Below are positions 1 through 11,332 of a DNA stretch of 42,711 nucleotides, piece by piece. The stretch spans positions 1 through 42,711 of the forward strand of contig JAQGDQ010001397.1 of the NCBI GenBank assembly GCA_030141605.1. The letters run 5' to 3'. Made by a program: the position numbers and the translations under genes. The notes under the pieces were generated by a model. That model did not search any database and was not told the origin of the DNA. It saw only the letters and a program-made list of their open reading frames with translations. Position 1 is the stretch's first letter; each line of letters opens with the position of its first letter. This stretch comes from Tubiluchus corallicola (Eukaryota; Animalia; Priapulida).

Positions 1-81
1 CGAACATGTAATGAATTTATGTTGCTGCTATCAAAAACATCATTTGGAAATATACACTACAAAATTATTGATTTTAATTAC

Positions 82-254
82 CCCGGCTTCTGCTTGCATT
101 ACAGGAGGGTCAAGACACAACTGTTCACTTGTTTCTTCCACAGGACAATCAATCGGAGTGACCACAGTTGAAGAACCGTACAATATGATAAGATCTCTTC
201 TCCAACTGATTAAATTTCCTTTGTAGCCACTGTGACAAGTATGGGCCAATTCAG
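82..254 (-). CDS. Pentraxin C-terminal exon plus Cys linker (E5), duplicate copy
   Basis: ttcag acceptor, phase 1 start, ELAHTCHSGYKGNLISW...CPVEETSEQLCLDPPVMQAEAG, then a gtaatt donor in phase 0. C..GN.ISW is the typical pentraxin C-terminus. The exon could instead run on to the stop at 40. Confidence 0.75.
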
Positions 255-367
255 CTGAATATAAAATAATAAAAAGTGCACTAAATGCTCTATGAATAAG
301 ATAAGGTAAGAGAGTGTGAAGTGAAATAATGTCATTTGAGATGAGGTGAGGTAATGAGACGTGACAA

Positions 368-1428
368 ATTAGCAGGACTGGGTGAAACAGGACAAGGTAA
401 AACATGATAGGACAGTGCAAAACAGGGCAGGACAGAGCATAATAGGACAGGGTAGAACAGGGCAGGACAGAGCATGATAGGACAGGGTAGAACAGGGCAG
501 GACAGAACATGATAAGACTAGGTAGAACAGAGCAGAACTGAGCATGATATGACAAGGTAGAACAGGGCAGGATAGGATATGATACAACAGGGTAGAACAG
601 GGCAGGACAGAGCATGATAGGGCAGGGTAGAACAGGGCTGGACTGAGCATGATAGGACAGGGTAGAACAGGGCAGAACAGAGCATGATAGGGCAGGGTAG
701 AACAGGGCAGGACAGAGCATGATAGGGGAGGGTAGAACAGGGCAGAACAGAGCATGATAGGACAGGGTAGAACAGGGCAGGACAGAGCATGATAGGGCAG
801 GGTAGAACAGGGCAGAACAGAGCATGATAGGACAGGGTAGAACAGGGCAGGACAGAGCATGATAGGGCAGGGTAGAACAGGGCAGGACAGAGCATGATAG
901 GACAGGATAGAACAGGGCAGGACAGAGCATGATAGGACAGGGTAGAACAGGGCAGGACAGAGCATGATAGGGCAGGGTAGAACAGGGCAGGACAGAGCAT
1001 GATAGGACAGGATAGAACAGGGCAGAACAGAGCATGACAGAGACCTGAACAGGACATAATAATACAGGGTAGAATGGGGCAGAACTGAGGATGATAGGTC
1101 AGCTTAAAGCAGGGCAGAACAGAGCATATTAGAACAGGGTAAAACAGGGCAGGACAGAGCATGATAGGGGAGGGTAGAACAGACCTGAACAGGACGTAAT
1201 AATACAGGGTAGAACACTGCAGAACTGAGCATGATAGGACAGGGTAGAACAGGGCTGGACAGAACATGATAGTATGGGGCAGAACAGGGCAGAACAAAGC
1301 ATTGTGGAACAGGACAGAACAGGGTTTGACAGGACATGATAGGACAGGTTAGAACAGGGCAGGACAGGGCATGATAGAACAAGAGAGTAAAGAGTAGAAC
1401 AGGGCAGAGTAAAGTGGGATAGGACAAC
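368..1428 (+). repeat. 35-bp purine-rich intronic minisatellite built from 5-bp subunits
   Basis: Unit gacagggtagaacagggcaggacagagcatgatag. It produces the spurious Cys/Pro/Leu ORFs on the minus strand. Confidence 0.95.
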
Positions 1429-2794
1429 AACAGTTGAAAAAATAAACAACTTATTAATTTAGAAGGAAAATGCCCTTATTTTACCACAACAGAAGACAAT
1501 ATCACATACCAATAACAAAATACAAGAATTAGAAAAATGTACAATTCCTTTTTGTAAGTCACATTCACATAGCCAAAGGCTCATCCATTTAGTGAAAGAA
1601 ATACTTTTGAACTTTGCGCTACATGTTTTGAACTTACGGTGCTTAACCGAATTTCAAGACTTGAATGCACCTCCACGTGATGTCTCGTTAAGCCAAGATG
1701 TTAACTGATGTTTTGTAAAATAATAAGAAATTGCAATTTCACCAAAGCAGATTAGAAGATTCTTGAACTGTACTTGGTGAATACAATCTAAAACAGCCAA
1801 CTGGGCAGTCAAGAAAACTGCAAAGAAATTTATAATAACAAAGTGGACATGTAGCAAGAAAGCTACGCCTGTAGCCAACTGACGGGGCGTGCAAAGTGGG
1901 ACTATTTAAGCTTTAAAGTCCCACTAAAGTAAAGTAAAGTAAAGTCCCACTAACGTAAAGTACTGACGACCACTTTAGCATTTCGGAAAAGGCAATATTT
2001 CGGTTTTAGGACATCGCTACTGGATAACAAACACAAATCCAGTCACCATAGCACTACTAAAATACATTTTAACGGTAATTAATTAAATATATTAAATTAG
2101 CAAAAAATAAGTTATTGAAATAAGTTATCAACTGCTTGTTTGTCTTAATGCAACTCATCAAAAAAGTTAAGGGATTTTCACACAAAATTCTTTCAAAAAG
2201 TTTAGCTGTTAAACAATGCCTATTAATAAGGATAAAATTAAATCAGCTTAACTATTCCTTCATTTTCATTCGTTCATTGATTCCACAACAACCGTTACAG
2301 CATAGAACATCAAAAAACTTTAATGATTTGGTAATACTATCTACCCAAAGTGTTAAGCTGGCCTACAGGATGCTCAAAAAGTAATTACTTGTTGCGGGCA
2401 CCCGAAATGAAAGCGGATTGCGAAAAAGAAGAAAGAGCAAAGAAGCAGAAAAGAATTGTTGAAGGAGAATACAGAGATGCGATGGTAACAGCATGAAGTG
2501 ATGCGCAGTATAGAAATTAACATAGCCAGCCACAATAATCTCGGCAGGGGCAGCCAAATTAGTCAAATTGATTAAGAGATGATTTCATTTTTCAAATTTC
2601 TTTTGAGGTTATTTATAGATATCAAGTTTTTATGCATTCATTGATCTATTCATCTATCCAACTATTCATTTTAGAATGCACTTAGAAAATCTTTCTCAAT
2701 AATAGGCCTGCTTGCATCAAAATTCGAAACGCATGTACAACTTTTTATACCACAAACTCGTTTTTTTGTTTTTTAAGTAACTTATCAATCTTAC

Positions 2795-2947
2795 CAACGT
2801 CAGTTGCAGTTAAAACATGCATGGTCATTATAACGTCAGTGATTTCCCCCATAAAACTTTGAGCTGAGTCAAAGTTACCACGCACACTGTCCTGCTCTTG
2901 TCCAATCATCAAATCACCTCCTTTAGATACAGTGTCTGTTTCTAGAG
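2795..2947 (-). CDS. Pentraxin exon E4 with Ca-binding loop, duplicate copy
   Basis: ttccag/gtaag boundaries, phase 1-1. GGDLMIGQEQDSVRGNFDSAQSFMGEITDV matches the pentraxin GQEQD..GG.FD..QSF.GEI motif. Confidence 0.9.
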
Positions 2948-3115
2948 CTGGAAAAATACAGCAAGCCGCATTATTATACATTTTCTTCATGAGACTTCAT
3001 TTACCTGCTATTGGCCATTTTTATAACTTCAGCGACATATTTATAATACCCATTAATGTACAACTATCAAATTTCTTGACAAAAAAGGTTATAACAGGGA
3101 TAATATCATACTTAC

Positions 3116-3237
3116 CATCGAAATTACCATTACCATGTAACACTCCATCAAGATACACTACGTATTCACCATGGCTGTATGTTACACACAGATGGTGGAA
3201 CGTTCCATCCATTAGAGGTGTTGCCAAAAAAATAGAT
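3116..3237 (-). CDS. Pentraxin exon E3 with family signature, duplicate copy
   Basis: ttcag/gtaagt boundaries, phase 2-1. DGTFHHLCVTYSHGEYVVYLDG resembles the HxCx[ST]W signature and the YxDG strand. Confidence 0.9.
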
Positions 3238-3393
3238 CTGAAATTTGAGGTGTGCAAACAGCAACAAAATAGTTTTAATCATAAGTAATTCTTATGAGAA
3301 ACAAAAGTGATGGAGTAACAATGGTAGTGTTTCTGGTTTTCAGGGCTTACATTTCTTAAAGTTGAAAAATATAAATAAATAAATAAACACATA

Positions 3394-3679
3394 CAGTAAG
3401 TCCTCGCTTAACGATGCTAATACGTTTCAGCAAAACACGACGTTAAGCGAAATGTCGTTAAGTGAAACCAAAACTTCATAGAAAAAAACGCAAAAAAATT
3501 CAGATACGTTTCTGAGGCAAAAATCAATGCTGTTTAAATCATATAAATTAAACATTTTATGAGTTTCGTTATGGGTTCTGCTAATTAATTTCTTTCTGCT
3601 TTCTTAAAAGGTGTCAAATGTTCAGCATCATTAAAACGAAAATTTGCTAAACGGGAAGTCGTTAAGCAGGGACTTACTA
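3394..3679. mobile_element. Non-autonomous Tc1/mariner (pogo/Tigger-like) MITE
   Basis: Imperfect TIRs cagtaagtcctcgcttaacga / tcgttaagcagggacttacta, TA on both sides, no ORF. Confidence 0.75.
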
Positions 3680-4424
3680 TATTTTACAGAAATTCACAAG
3701 ATCACTTGTCATTACATTCATCCCGTGGGCACCAGTTCAAATCGAGGCCCAGCATTGACTTTCTTGCAATTTGTAATTATTATTAAGCTGAGCCAAAACT
3801 CTGTGAAGACAGGCGCCAGCTCTTAAAAAGTCTAGGAGTAAAATTAACATAACTCCTAATGAAAATCAAAAAATTTCTCAAACCATTTCGCAAAATCGTG
3901 GATCTAACTGGCCATTTTTATTGGACAAAAATTTGTTTTTTGTGAGTAAGCAGCGGGGATTGCTATACAATGCTCTAAACACTTCACAGAACATTTCAGA
4001 AGTTGTTGCTCTGATTCTTGGCCAATAGCTGTAAGTATGGTAAATCATGGCATGTAACCAACCTTTTTTGTCTCAGCTTTATTAGAAAAGCTAGTAGTGA
4101 GGCAGCACTCAGTTTTTAGCAATAATATTGTCAGAAAGGTTTCACGTTATCAGAAAATAGTAAAATACCGAGATGGAAACATTGTGTCACAAACTTCCAG
4201 CAATATTTGTTAAGCAATTAATAGTTCAGTAGAAGCTACAAAATTAAAATGACTGTATCGTAACCTCTTGTAGTTTTGTGAGATGTTACACAAACTAGAA
4301 ACAGAAATTGATGTTGGTTTACTTTCACGTCATTCTTAAAATCATAATCACAGCATTTTGCTATGTGCATAGATGTGCTAAGAATGCATTATGCATTGAA
4401 TTTGAATGTGCATGAGTACTGTAA

Positions 4425-4806
4425 TAAGCCTTTTCACTGATGTGCACGCACAGTTGCTGTACGTCAAGGTAAGGTGTACCGCAGCAATGCATCTTTACTA
4501 CAAATGTCACGTGACGTGTGGGTAAAGCAATGCCGTCTGCTGCATCAATTCAGTAACTTCAGTTGTTTTACGTGGACTTTACTTAACTATGCATTAGTCT
4601 GTGCGAAGAGTGATTACTAGCAGTATCTTGCTTGGGAACAAGAAAAAATGAACTAGGCAATTTTCTAGCTAGCTGTTAAAACTGTTACTATTACAACACC
4701 ATAGGCTGCGAGGCGTTGTCAAGTGTACACAAATGCGTTGTCTAGTACACTTAGCCTCTGAACTCTTCACGATCATTATCATTCACTGGAACTGTGAAAA
4801 GGCTTA
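4425..4806. mobile_element. Putative MITE, superfamily unclear
   Basis: 13-bp inverted termini taagccttttcac / gtgaaaaggctta. The target-site duplication is ambiguous. Confidence 0.4.
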
Positions 4807-5332
4807 ATAGTGCTACATAAAATGCTAGCACGCTCTACTTTATCCAGCTAATGATAACATTAAGACTTTTTCTCTATTTTTACTCTAGTCTTCTCTGGTC
4901 TTTTTTACTTTAAAGAACCATCCCTTTAAGAAAGCTGTTGTCACAATGACAAGTGCATAATCTAGTAGAGGAGCAATCCTAATGTTCCCTGACACTCACT
5001 ATTGTTCGTTAATGGGAGCCAAATTTCAAAAATACTCAAATCCTAGTAAAATGGATATGAAATTACTTGAATTGTTACACTAAAAATATATCCATAGTTT
5101 ATCTTATCTGTGAGCTGTTGTTAAGTCACTGTGACTTATGAATTTGATAAAAATTAACACACTTTAGGTCAAAGGTCAAATTGAATGAATTTTGCGTCTA
5201 ATCATAATTTTTCGACTTGAACAAAGCATTCAATTGAACAATTTTTGAAAACCAATTAAGCCTAAAACTTCACACTTTTATAAAAATTAAGGATTCGATC
5301 TACAAACTTTACCATCTACAAAAATTGTTGAC

Positions 5333-6325
5333 ATTTTGCAGGGGATCACCCAAGCTAGCTTTGTTCAGTATACCTCAGACAATTCAAAACAGCTTTGCAG
5401 AGGATTACCCAAGCTAGGTTTATTCTGTATACCTAGGACAATTCAAATCAGCATTGCAGAGGGTTACCCAAGCTAGCTTTGTTCAGCATACCTCAAACAA
5501 TTCAAAACAGCTTTGCAGAGGGTTACCCAAGCTAGGTTTATTCTGTATACCTAGGACAATTCATAACAGCTTTGCAGAGGGTTACCCAAGCTAGCTTTTG
5601 TTCAGCATACCTCAAACAATTCAAATCAGTTTTGCAGAGGGTTACCCAAGCTAGCTTTTGTTCAGCATACCTCAAACAATTCAAATCAGTTTTGCAGAGG
5701 GTTACCCAAGCTAGCTTTTGTTCAGTATACCTCAGACAATTCAAATCAGCATTGCAGAGGGTTACCCAAGCTAGCTTTGTTCAGCATACCTCAGACAATT
5801 CAAATCAGTTTTGCAGAGGGTTACCCAAGCTAGCTTTGTTCAGCATACCTCAGACAATTCAAATCAGTTTTGCAGAGGGTTACCCAAGCTAGCTTTTGTT
5901 CAGCTTACCTCAAACAATTCAAATCAGTTTTGCAGAGGGTTACCCAAGCTAGATTTTGTTCAGCATACCTCAAACAATTCAAATCAGTTTTGCGGAGGGT
6001 TACCCAAGCCAGCTTTGTTCAGCATACCTCAGACAATTCAAATCAGTTTTGCAGAGGGTTACCCAAGCTAGATTAGTTCAATATACCTCGAACAATTCAA
6101 AACAGCTTTGCAGAGGGTTACCCAAGCTAGATTTGTTCGGCATACCTCAAACAATTCAAATCAGTTTTGCAGAGGGTTACCCAAGCTAGCTTTGTTCAGT
6201 ACACCCAAGACAATTCAAAACAGCTTTGCAGAGGGTTACCGAAGCTAGATTTGTTCAGCATACCTCAAACAATTCAAATCAGTTTTGCAGAGGGTTACCC
6301 AAGCTAGCTTTGTTCAGCATACACA
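5333..6325 (+). repeat. 59/60-bp tandem repeat, ~17 units
   Basis: Unit tttgcagagggttacccaagctagctttgttcagcatacctcaaacaattcaaatcagt, with no unique spacers. Confidence 0.95.
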
Positions 6326-6409
6326 TGACATTTCAAAACTTTTTAGTCATGAAACGCTAAGACTATTCTTTTACCAATCGTAACATTAACATTTTCTGGC
6401 ATTGTGCAG

Positions 6410-6591
6410 TTTTGCCCTATTGGATACGAAGCGCATCTGGGATTCTGCTACAAATTTCACGGGTCACCTGAGAGCCATTTAGCTGCTCATGGTATCTGCG
6501 CCTCCGAAGGTGGAACACTGGCTAAGATTGACACTGATTGCAAGAGGGACTCTCTGTCAAAATTGATTCGTCCGGAGCCTGAATCAGAAAG
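6410..6591 (+). CDS. C-type lectin domain N-terminal exon (copy 1 of 4)
   Basis: tgcag/gtaaat boundaries, phase 0-2. FCPIGYEAHLGFCYKFH...AHGICASEGGTLAKID fits long-form CTLD CP.G...CY...A...C...GG.LA.I. Confidence 0.85.
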
Positions 6592-6655
6592 GTAAATTAA
6601 TGTCTGTCCTGTGTTATCTTTCTTACAAGTGGCTGAGGATGTATAACACATCCCT

Positions 6656-6658
<3 letters not shown>

Positions 6659-6744
<86 letters not shown>
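6659..6744 (+). repeat. (CT)n(CTAT)n microsatellite in the loop of the CTL fold-back
   Basis: Directly visible. Confidence 0.95.
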
Positions 6745-6745
<1 letters not shown>

Positions 6746-6907
6746 CTCTGTCACACTTGCACTTTTTTCCCCTTCCCCTTGCATTTACACCCTCCTTTCT
6801 GTGTCTCTTTCCATTCCTTCTTCGTTTTTCTCCCTTGCTTTCAGCAAAAGATAAACACATCCTCAGCCACTTGTAAGAAAGATAACACAGGACAGACATT
6901 AATTTAC

Positions 6908-7089
6908 CTTTCTGATTCAGGCTCCGGACGAATCAATTTTGACAGAGAGTCCCTCTTGCAATCAGTGTCAATCTTAGCCAGTGTTCCACCTTCGGAGGCG
7001 CAGATACCATGAGCAGCTAAATGGCTCTCAGGTGACCCGTGAAATTTGTAGCAGAATCCCAGATGCGCTTCGTATCCAATAGGGCAAAA
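6908..7089 (-). CDS. C-type lectin domain N-terminal exon (copy 2, fold-back)
   Basis: Reverse complement of 6410-6591 including splice sites; identical translation. Confidence 0.8.
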
Positions 7090-7430
7090 CTGCACAATGC
7101 CAGAAAATGTTAATGTTACGATTGGTAAAAGAATAGTCTTAGCGTTTCATGACTAAAAAGTTTTGAAATGTCATGTGTATGCTGAACAAAGCTAGCTTGG
7201 GTAACCCTCTGCAAAACTGATTTGAATTGTTTGAGGTATGCTGAACAAATCTAGCTTTATTTGTATTATAAATAAATAAATAAATAAATAAAAATAAAAT
7301 AAAATAGATGTCTTTATGCTTCTTTTTCAAATATTCGTAACTACATTTTGTAAAATGTGTAGTTGTACTTATAATATCATAATCATATCATATTAATTTT
7401 GGCCTCTTGCTAAATCATTAATATTTTCAG

Positions 7431-7541
7431 GTTCTGACGCTTCTGCTGATATTAAGTACTGGAACTGATGGTCAATACTCTGACAATTTTGCGCTTCTTA
7501 ACCTTCTAAGGTCAGGGAAGCTCATGAGACATTAGAAAACG
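7431..7541 (+). pseudogene. Possible signal-peptide exon of a second pentraxin gene, apparently disrupted
   Basis: ttttcag acceptor and gtaaga donor. VLTLLLILSTGTDGQY looks like a signal-peptide h/c region, but there is an in-frame TAG before the donor. Confidence 0.35.
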
Positions 7542-8941
7542 GTAAGAAAAATATGTCTTAATGAGACAGGCCCTAATTGATTACAAGTAACACCTTCTTT
7601 TTTGCAGACAACGAGAGAGGGGGAGAAACCTACTTCCCCCACGAAGCATTTTTTGTCCAATATTAGAAAAAAATTGCATTCTAACTGACTAAAATAGAAG
7701 ATATGATTTCGCAGTATAATAGTAGTGAACGACTTGTATTGCACGCTTCTGCTGATTCTAATGATTCTAATGCTACTGTGCCATTGGTCAAAAGGGTCGT
7801 CTGCTTAACTAAAGCACCCTAAAACCTGCGGGGAGACAGTCGGGTGAATAGTAAGTCCAAGGAGATTTTCCTAAATTATCAGGGATGAATTACATCTTAC
7901 GATGCTTCATAAGTGTCATAATTAGAGCCTTCAAGCCAGCCATAATAAGATGAGTTCCAGTGCCAAGACATTTTACTGCTGAATTAATGGAGGGCCGGGT
8001 ATGTATTGGGTTCCCTGAAGAATCTAAATCTCTGCATCAAAACTGCTGCCTGGAATAAGATCTTCTGGATATTAAAGGAAGACAGGATAATTTTTCATAT
8101 ACTAGCCCATTTCCAAATCCAATAAAAAGTATGCATTTTAACACAATTAATATTGCAAAAGCATTTCTGATAATTTAAATAATTCATTAAGATCTTAATT
8201 AATGACATGCCAGCCCAACTATTGATGACGTCACAAACTAACATCATTTTCAACAACAAAAAATTTCCATGAGCTTGTTGCACATGTTTGTAAAAGCAAA
8301 AGTACAGTGCTACTGTAAGATGTTCAGTTTGTGATACTAAAACTAGGCAAGTTTTAAGATAAAAAATCATTTTCCAAATTTACCTCTGTGCTCATGCATG
8401 AGCTGTCAAATGTGTGTAGTCTTTCACAAACTAACACATCTTAACAGGGAAGCACAGCATCCATTTTTTGTTTAATGCATTTCCAAGAGGCAGGCGCAAA
8501 AAATCGTCTAATTAGCGAGGGGTGAAATGCGCGCAAGTTGGTGCGAAATTTGTTTATGTGGTAATAATTCTTTCACTTTAGTCATTCTTGAAAAAATAGT
8601 GTTTCCTTTCTATATTTTAAAGACTTTGTTTTGTTTTGGCCTACAGTTTCAGACTGGGTCCGGTTTTGCTGTAATCAAGCTTTTGCAAAAGATGTTCTAT
8701 TAAAATTTTTACATATTGGTCCAATATATACGAAAAATAATCTACCTTACACAGAAGGTGTAAACGTTATATAGATATGTCAAAATATGTCTTAATAAGC
8801 ACAATGTGATTAAATAATACTGTAAAATATGAACTGCGATTATTACTAACACCATCAAGATGATTATTTTATTAATTAATAAATTAAAATTTCATCACAG
8901 CAGATTCTCCTATATTTATTCATTGATATCTTTTTTTACAG

Positions 8942-9072
8942 AGCTCGTGCCTTGTGAGAGTTTGGAAGATTTTGACCTCAGATGGTCAGGGCTCCCCGAT
9001 GATACGTTTTCCACCAATGCGTATTTTCTTTCAAAGTTGAAAGATCCTGTTAGTGAATTTACTTGGTGTATG
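8942..9072 (+). CDS. Pentraxin N-terminal exon E1 (paralog a)
   Basis: ttttacag/gtgagt boundaries, phase 1-0. ELVPCESLEDFDLRWSG...DPVSEFTWCM ends in the pentraxin FTxCx motif, and the next exon starts with W. Confidence 0.75.
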
Positions 9073-9129
9073 GTGAGTATAAACAGCCAACGATGTTTTA
9101 ATTCTTCGTGCATCTCATTTCTCGGGTTA

Positions 9130-9490
9130 AAAATGTGTGAGACGTTTTTTTAATTAACAAATACAGACATACAAATAACTGAATCTTATTAATAAAAGAA
9201 AGTTTATCTATGTATCCTAATAAGCCTTCTGCTGATGTACAAAGTAGTTCAATTTCTATAAGTTCATTTTCAAACACTTGGTTATTTGGTACTGTATCAA
9301 TTTCTTTTCTTCAGCCCTGCTTATTCATTACCTATTTGGCTTCTGTTAACTACTTAATTAGCACATAACAGACTCTGCCTATATAAACTGGTTGTATGTT
9401 TGTAAATTTATCACAGCATTAGCATGTCAAAGCGTTATGCATGATTTTAACTTTATAATGTAAAAGTTTTAATAAAGTTGTGTAATTTTT
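9130..9490 (+). mobile_element. Penelope-like element 3' remnant (GIY-YIG C-terminus plus pLTR), ribozyme core deleted
   Basis: Contains an LINKRK/IKESL-KPS region and is homologous to 14970-15320. The ctgatga core is absent. Confidence 0.7.
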
Positions 9491-10241
9491 AACTATAAAA
9501 GTATTTAAATGCCTACAATAAAAAATACAGAGTCATTTTAATCGAGCATAAGATTTGAAATCAGAGAAAACAGTCGATCAGCGATCCATATATCGATCAA
9601 GAACTCTCAAAAGTGAGACTGCGTCTGGCAACAGTGTATTATTTCAGTTTTTCAAGAGAAGAAGAAGAAGTATTTCTGTGTTTAAAAATGTCTTTATTTC
9701 GAACAAAAGACGTCAGCCGTGAAAGTGTCTATCACAAATTATCATCAACTGCTGTTAGCATTCTCACAAGAGCGCTATACTCCTCAGAACAGGAAAAATA
9801 ACCATTGCAATAAAATCTCTGTTTATTTTACTAAAATATTAACCATAAGCTTTAAACATTTACAAAATTTTAGTCATAAACTGTCATAATTGTCTTATTA
9901 AATGTCTTATTGAGAGTGGAGCTGACCTCGATAACCTAAAGTTCTTTCCCCACCCTTTCACCGCTAATCAATAATCACTTTTGCACTTTGTAATATTACT
10001 GTATGTTGTACAGAGATTTATAAATCACTTTGTTGTGTATTTTGCTATTTCATATTTTTTGATAAACTGATAAACTTAATTACTTACTTACTTAAACATC
10101 ATCAACTGCCCACTAGGTGACCCCTATAAGCTGCAGCTTCCCTGGTCTCCCTAAAACATACATAATTTAATGTTGTTGTTTATGTTAATAAGTTGACAAA
10201 CGGACACATTATTGCTTATATTTATTTTTATTTTATCGTAG

Positions 10242-10367
10242 TGGTTAAAGCCTCATCCTGCTATGATATTTGGACCATCTGGCACGTTCATCTTTGCTCA
10301 AACAATTTCCGGTGATGCTGAAATTGAACGACGGTGATTTAACCTTTATTGTAGACGGAACTAGCAT
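10242..10367 (+). pseudogene. Pentraxin exon E2-like, frameshifted
   Basis: cgtag acceptor, starts WLKPHP, ends LKLNDGDLTFIVDGTS in another frame before gtaagt. The 126-nt length does not fit the expected phase 0-2. Confidence 0.55.
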
Positions 10368-10602
10368 GTAAGTAAATTTAAATTGTAGCTGAGTAAATGC
10401 GTAGATCCCACTGGTGTTTGAGACTCTCGTTGGGCGATTTCATATGTAGCTCTGTTACTGCACAACTGATCATGCGCATATCTACAAAAGCAGTTTTCCA
10501 GGGGTGTGATTGATCGACTGACTGACTGACTGACTGCTTCAATATATGACTTAATGACTAGCTTATTGACTTACACATTTACACTTTTTGTCAATTTGGT
10601 AG

Positions 10603-10697
10603 GTTTTGACCTCAGCTGGGCTTCGACTGTGCAGAACTCCGAAGCAAGTTTTTCTCCAGTAACCAGTGAACCAGTAAGTGAATTCACTTTATGTATG
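10603..10697 (+). CDS. Pentraxin E1-like exon or exon fragment (paralog c)
   Basis: FDLSWASTVQNSEASFSPVTSEPVSEFTLCM followed by gtgagt; open frame. The weak acceptor (ggtag) may be a fusion point. Confidence 0.65.
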
Positions 10698-10739
10698 GTG
10701 AGTACGAACAGCCAATGATGTTTTAGCTCTTGTGTTAAT

Positions 10740-10984
10740 GAAAATGTGTTAGACGTTTTCTAATTGTCAAATATGGACATACAAATAACTGGAACTTATT
10801 AAGAAAAGAAAGTTTATCAATATACCCTAATAAGCCTTCTCTTTTACAAAGGAGTTCAATTCCTATAAGTTCATTTTCAAACACCTAGTTATTTGTTACT
10901 GTATCAATTTCTTTTCTTCAGCCCTGCTTATTCATTACCTTTTTGACTTCTGTTAACTACTTAATTAGTACATAATAGGCTCTG
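10740..10984 (+). mobile_element. Penelope-like element remnant, truncated before the ribozyme
   Basis: Homologous to 9130-9378; fused at ggctctg to a pentraxin E5-like fragment. Confidence 0.65.
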
Positions 10985-11128
10985 TCCACCACTTGCTTCA
11001 ACATTGATGGCAAATTCGCGTCATAGCAGTTGGAAGACCTGACATTTGAAGGAAGGACGATTTCTCCTAGCACCTGCCCATCTAAAGCATGAGGGATGTG
11101 TCTCCCTACTACACTAATAGAAGAACAA
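10982..11128 (+). pseudogene. Pentraxin E5-like fragment with two stops
   Basis: LSTTCFNIDGKFAS*QLEDLTFEGRTISPSTCPSKA*GMCLPTTLIEEQ followed by gt. Aligns with E5 (TC...G...SW...P..CP...CL). Confidence 0.6.
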
Positions 11129-11332
11129 GTACAGTTTCTCGAAGATTTGATTTCTTGTTTGATACAGAACAATGAGTCAACTGCTAATCTACTAGATAAG
11201 CTAATTGACCTCGTTAAACAGTAATATTACTGTTCCTTTTTGGCGTTGCTTCCATTTTCCATTATGATCAGTCGTTATGATATGAGTGAAACTTTAGGTG
11301 AAGGACCCGAGAGGAATGCTTAAAAAGTGATA

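Larger units (their letters stand above)
1..3321 (+). repeat. Direct duplicate of 21235-24266 (segment A, carries three pentraxin exons)
   Basis: Position 1 (cgaacatgta) matches 21235 and the match ends at ggagtaacaa (3321/24266). The copies differ by scattered SNPs and a ~290-bp minisatellite length difference. Confidence 0.95.
3315..10960 (+). repeat. Left arm of ~18-kb palindrome
   Basis: Reverse complement of ~13480-21235. Mirrored ORF pairs have coordinate sums 24550 (outer) and 24451 (inner). The inner boundary is approximate. Confidence 0.95.

Noticed and set aside
369-1449. Long Cys/Pro/Leu-rich ORFs (also 21603-22374)
   Set aside because: Read-through of the 35-bp minisatellite in all frames; only the E5 portion of the 40-1035 and 21274-22374 ORFs is a real exon.
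1895-1930. Hairpin agtgggact...agtcccact
   Set aside because: Short intronic inverted repeat with no further support.
5333-6325. CRISPR-like appearance of the 59-, 38-, 71- and 80-bp arrays
   Set aside because: Head-to-tail units with no unique spacers, no cas genes, and a eukaryotic context.
6634-6655. CTGAGGA as another hammerhead core (also ctgacga at 1963 and ctgatga at 11802)
   Set aside because: No stem II followed by GAAA.
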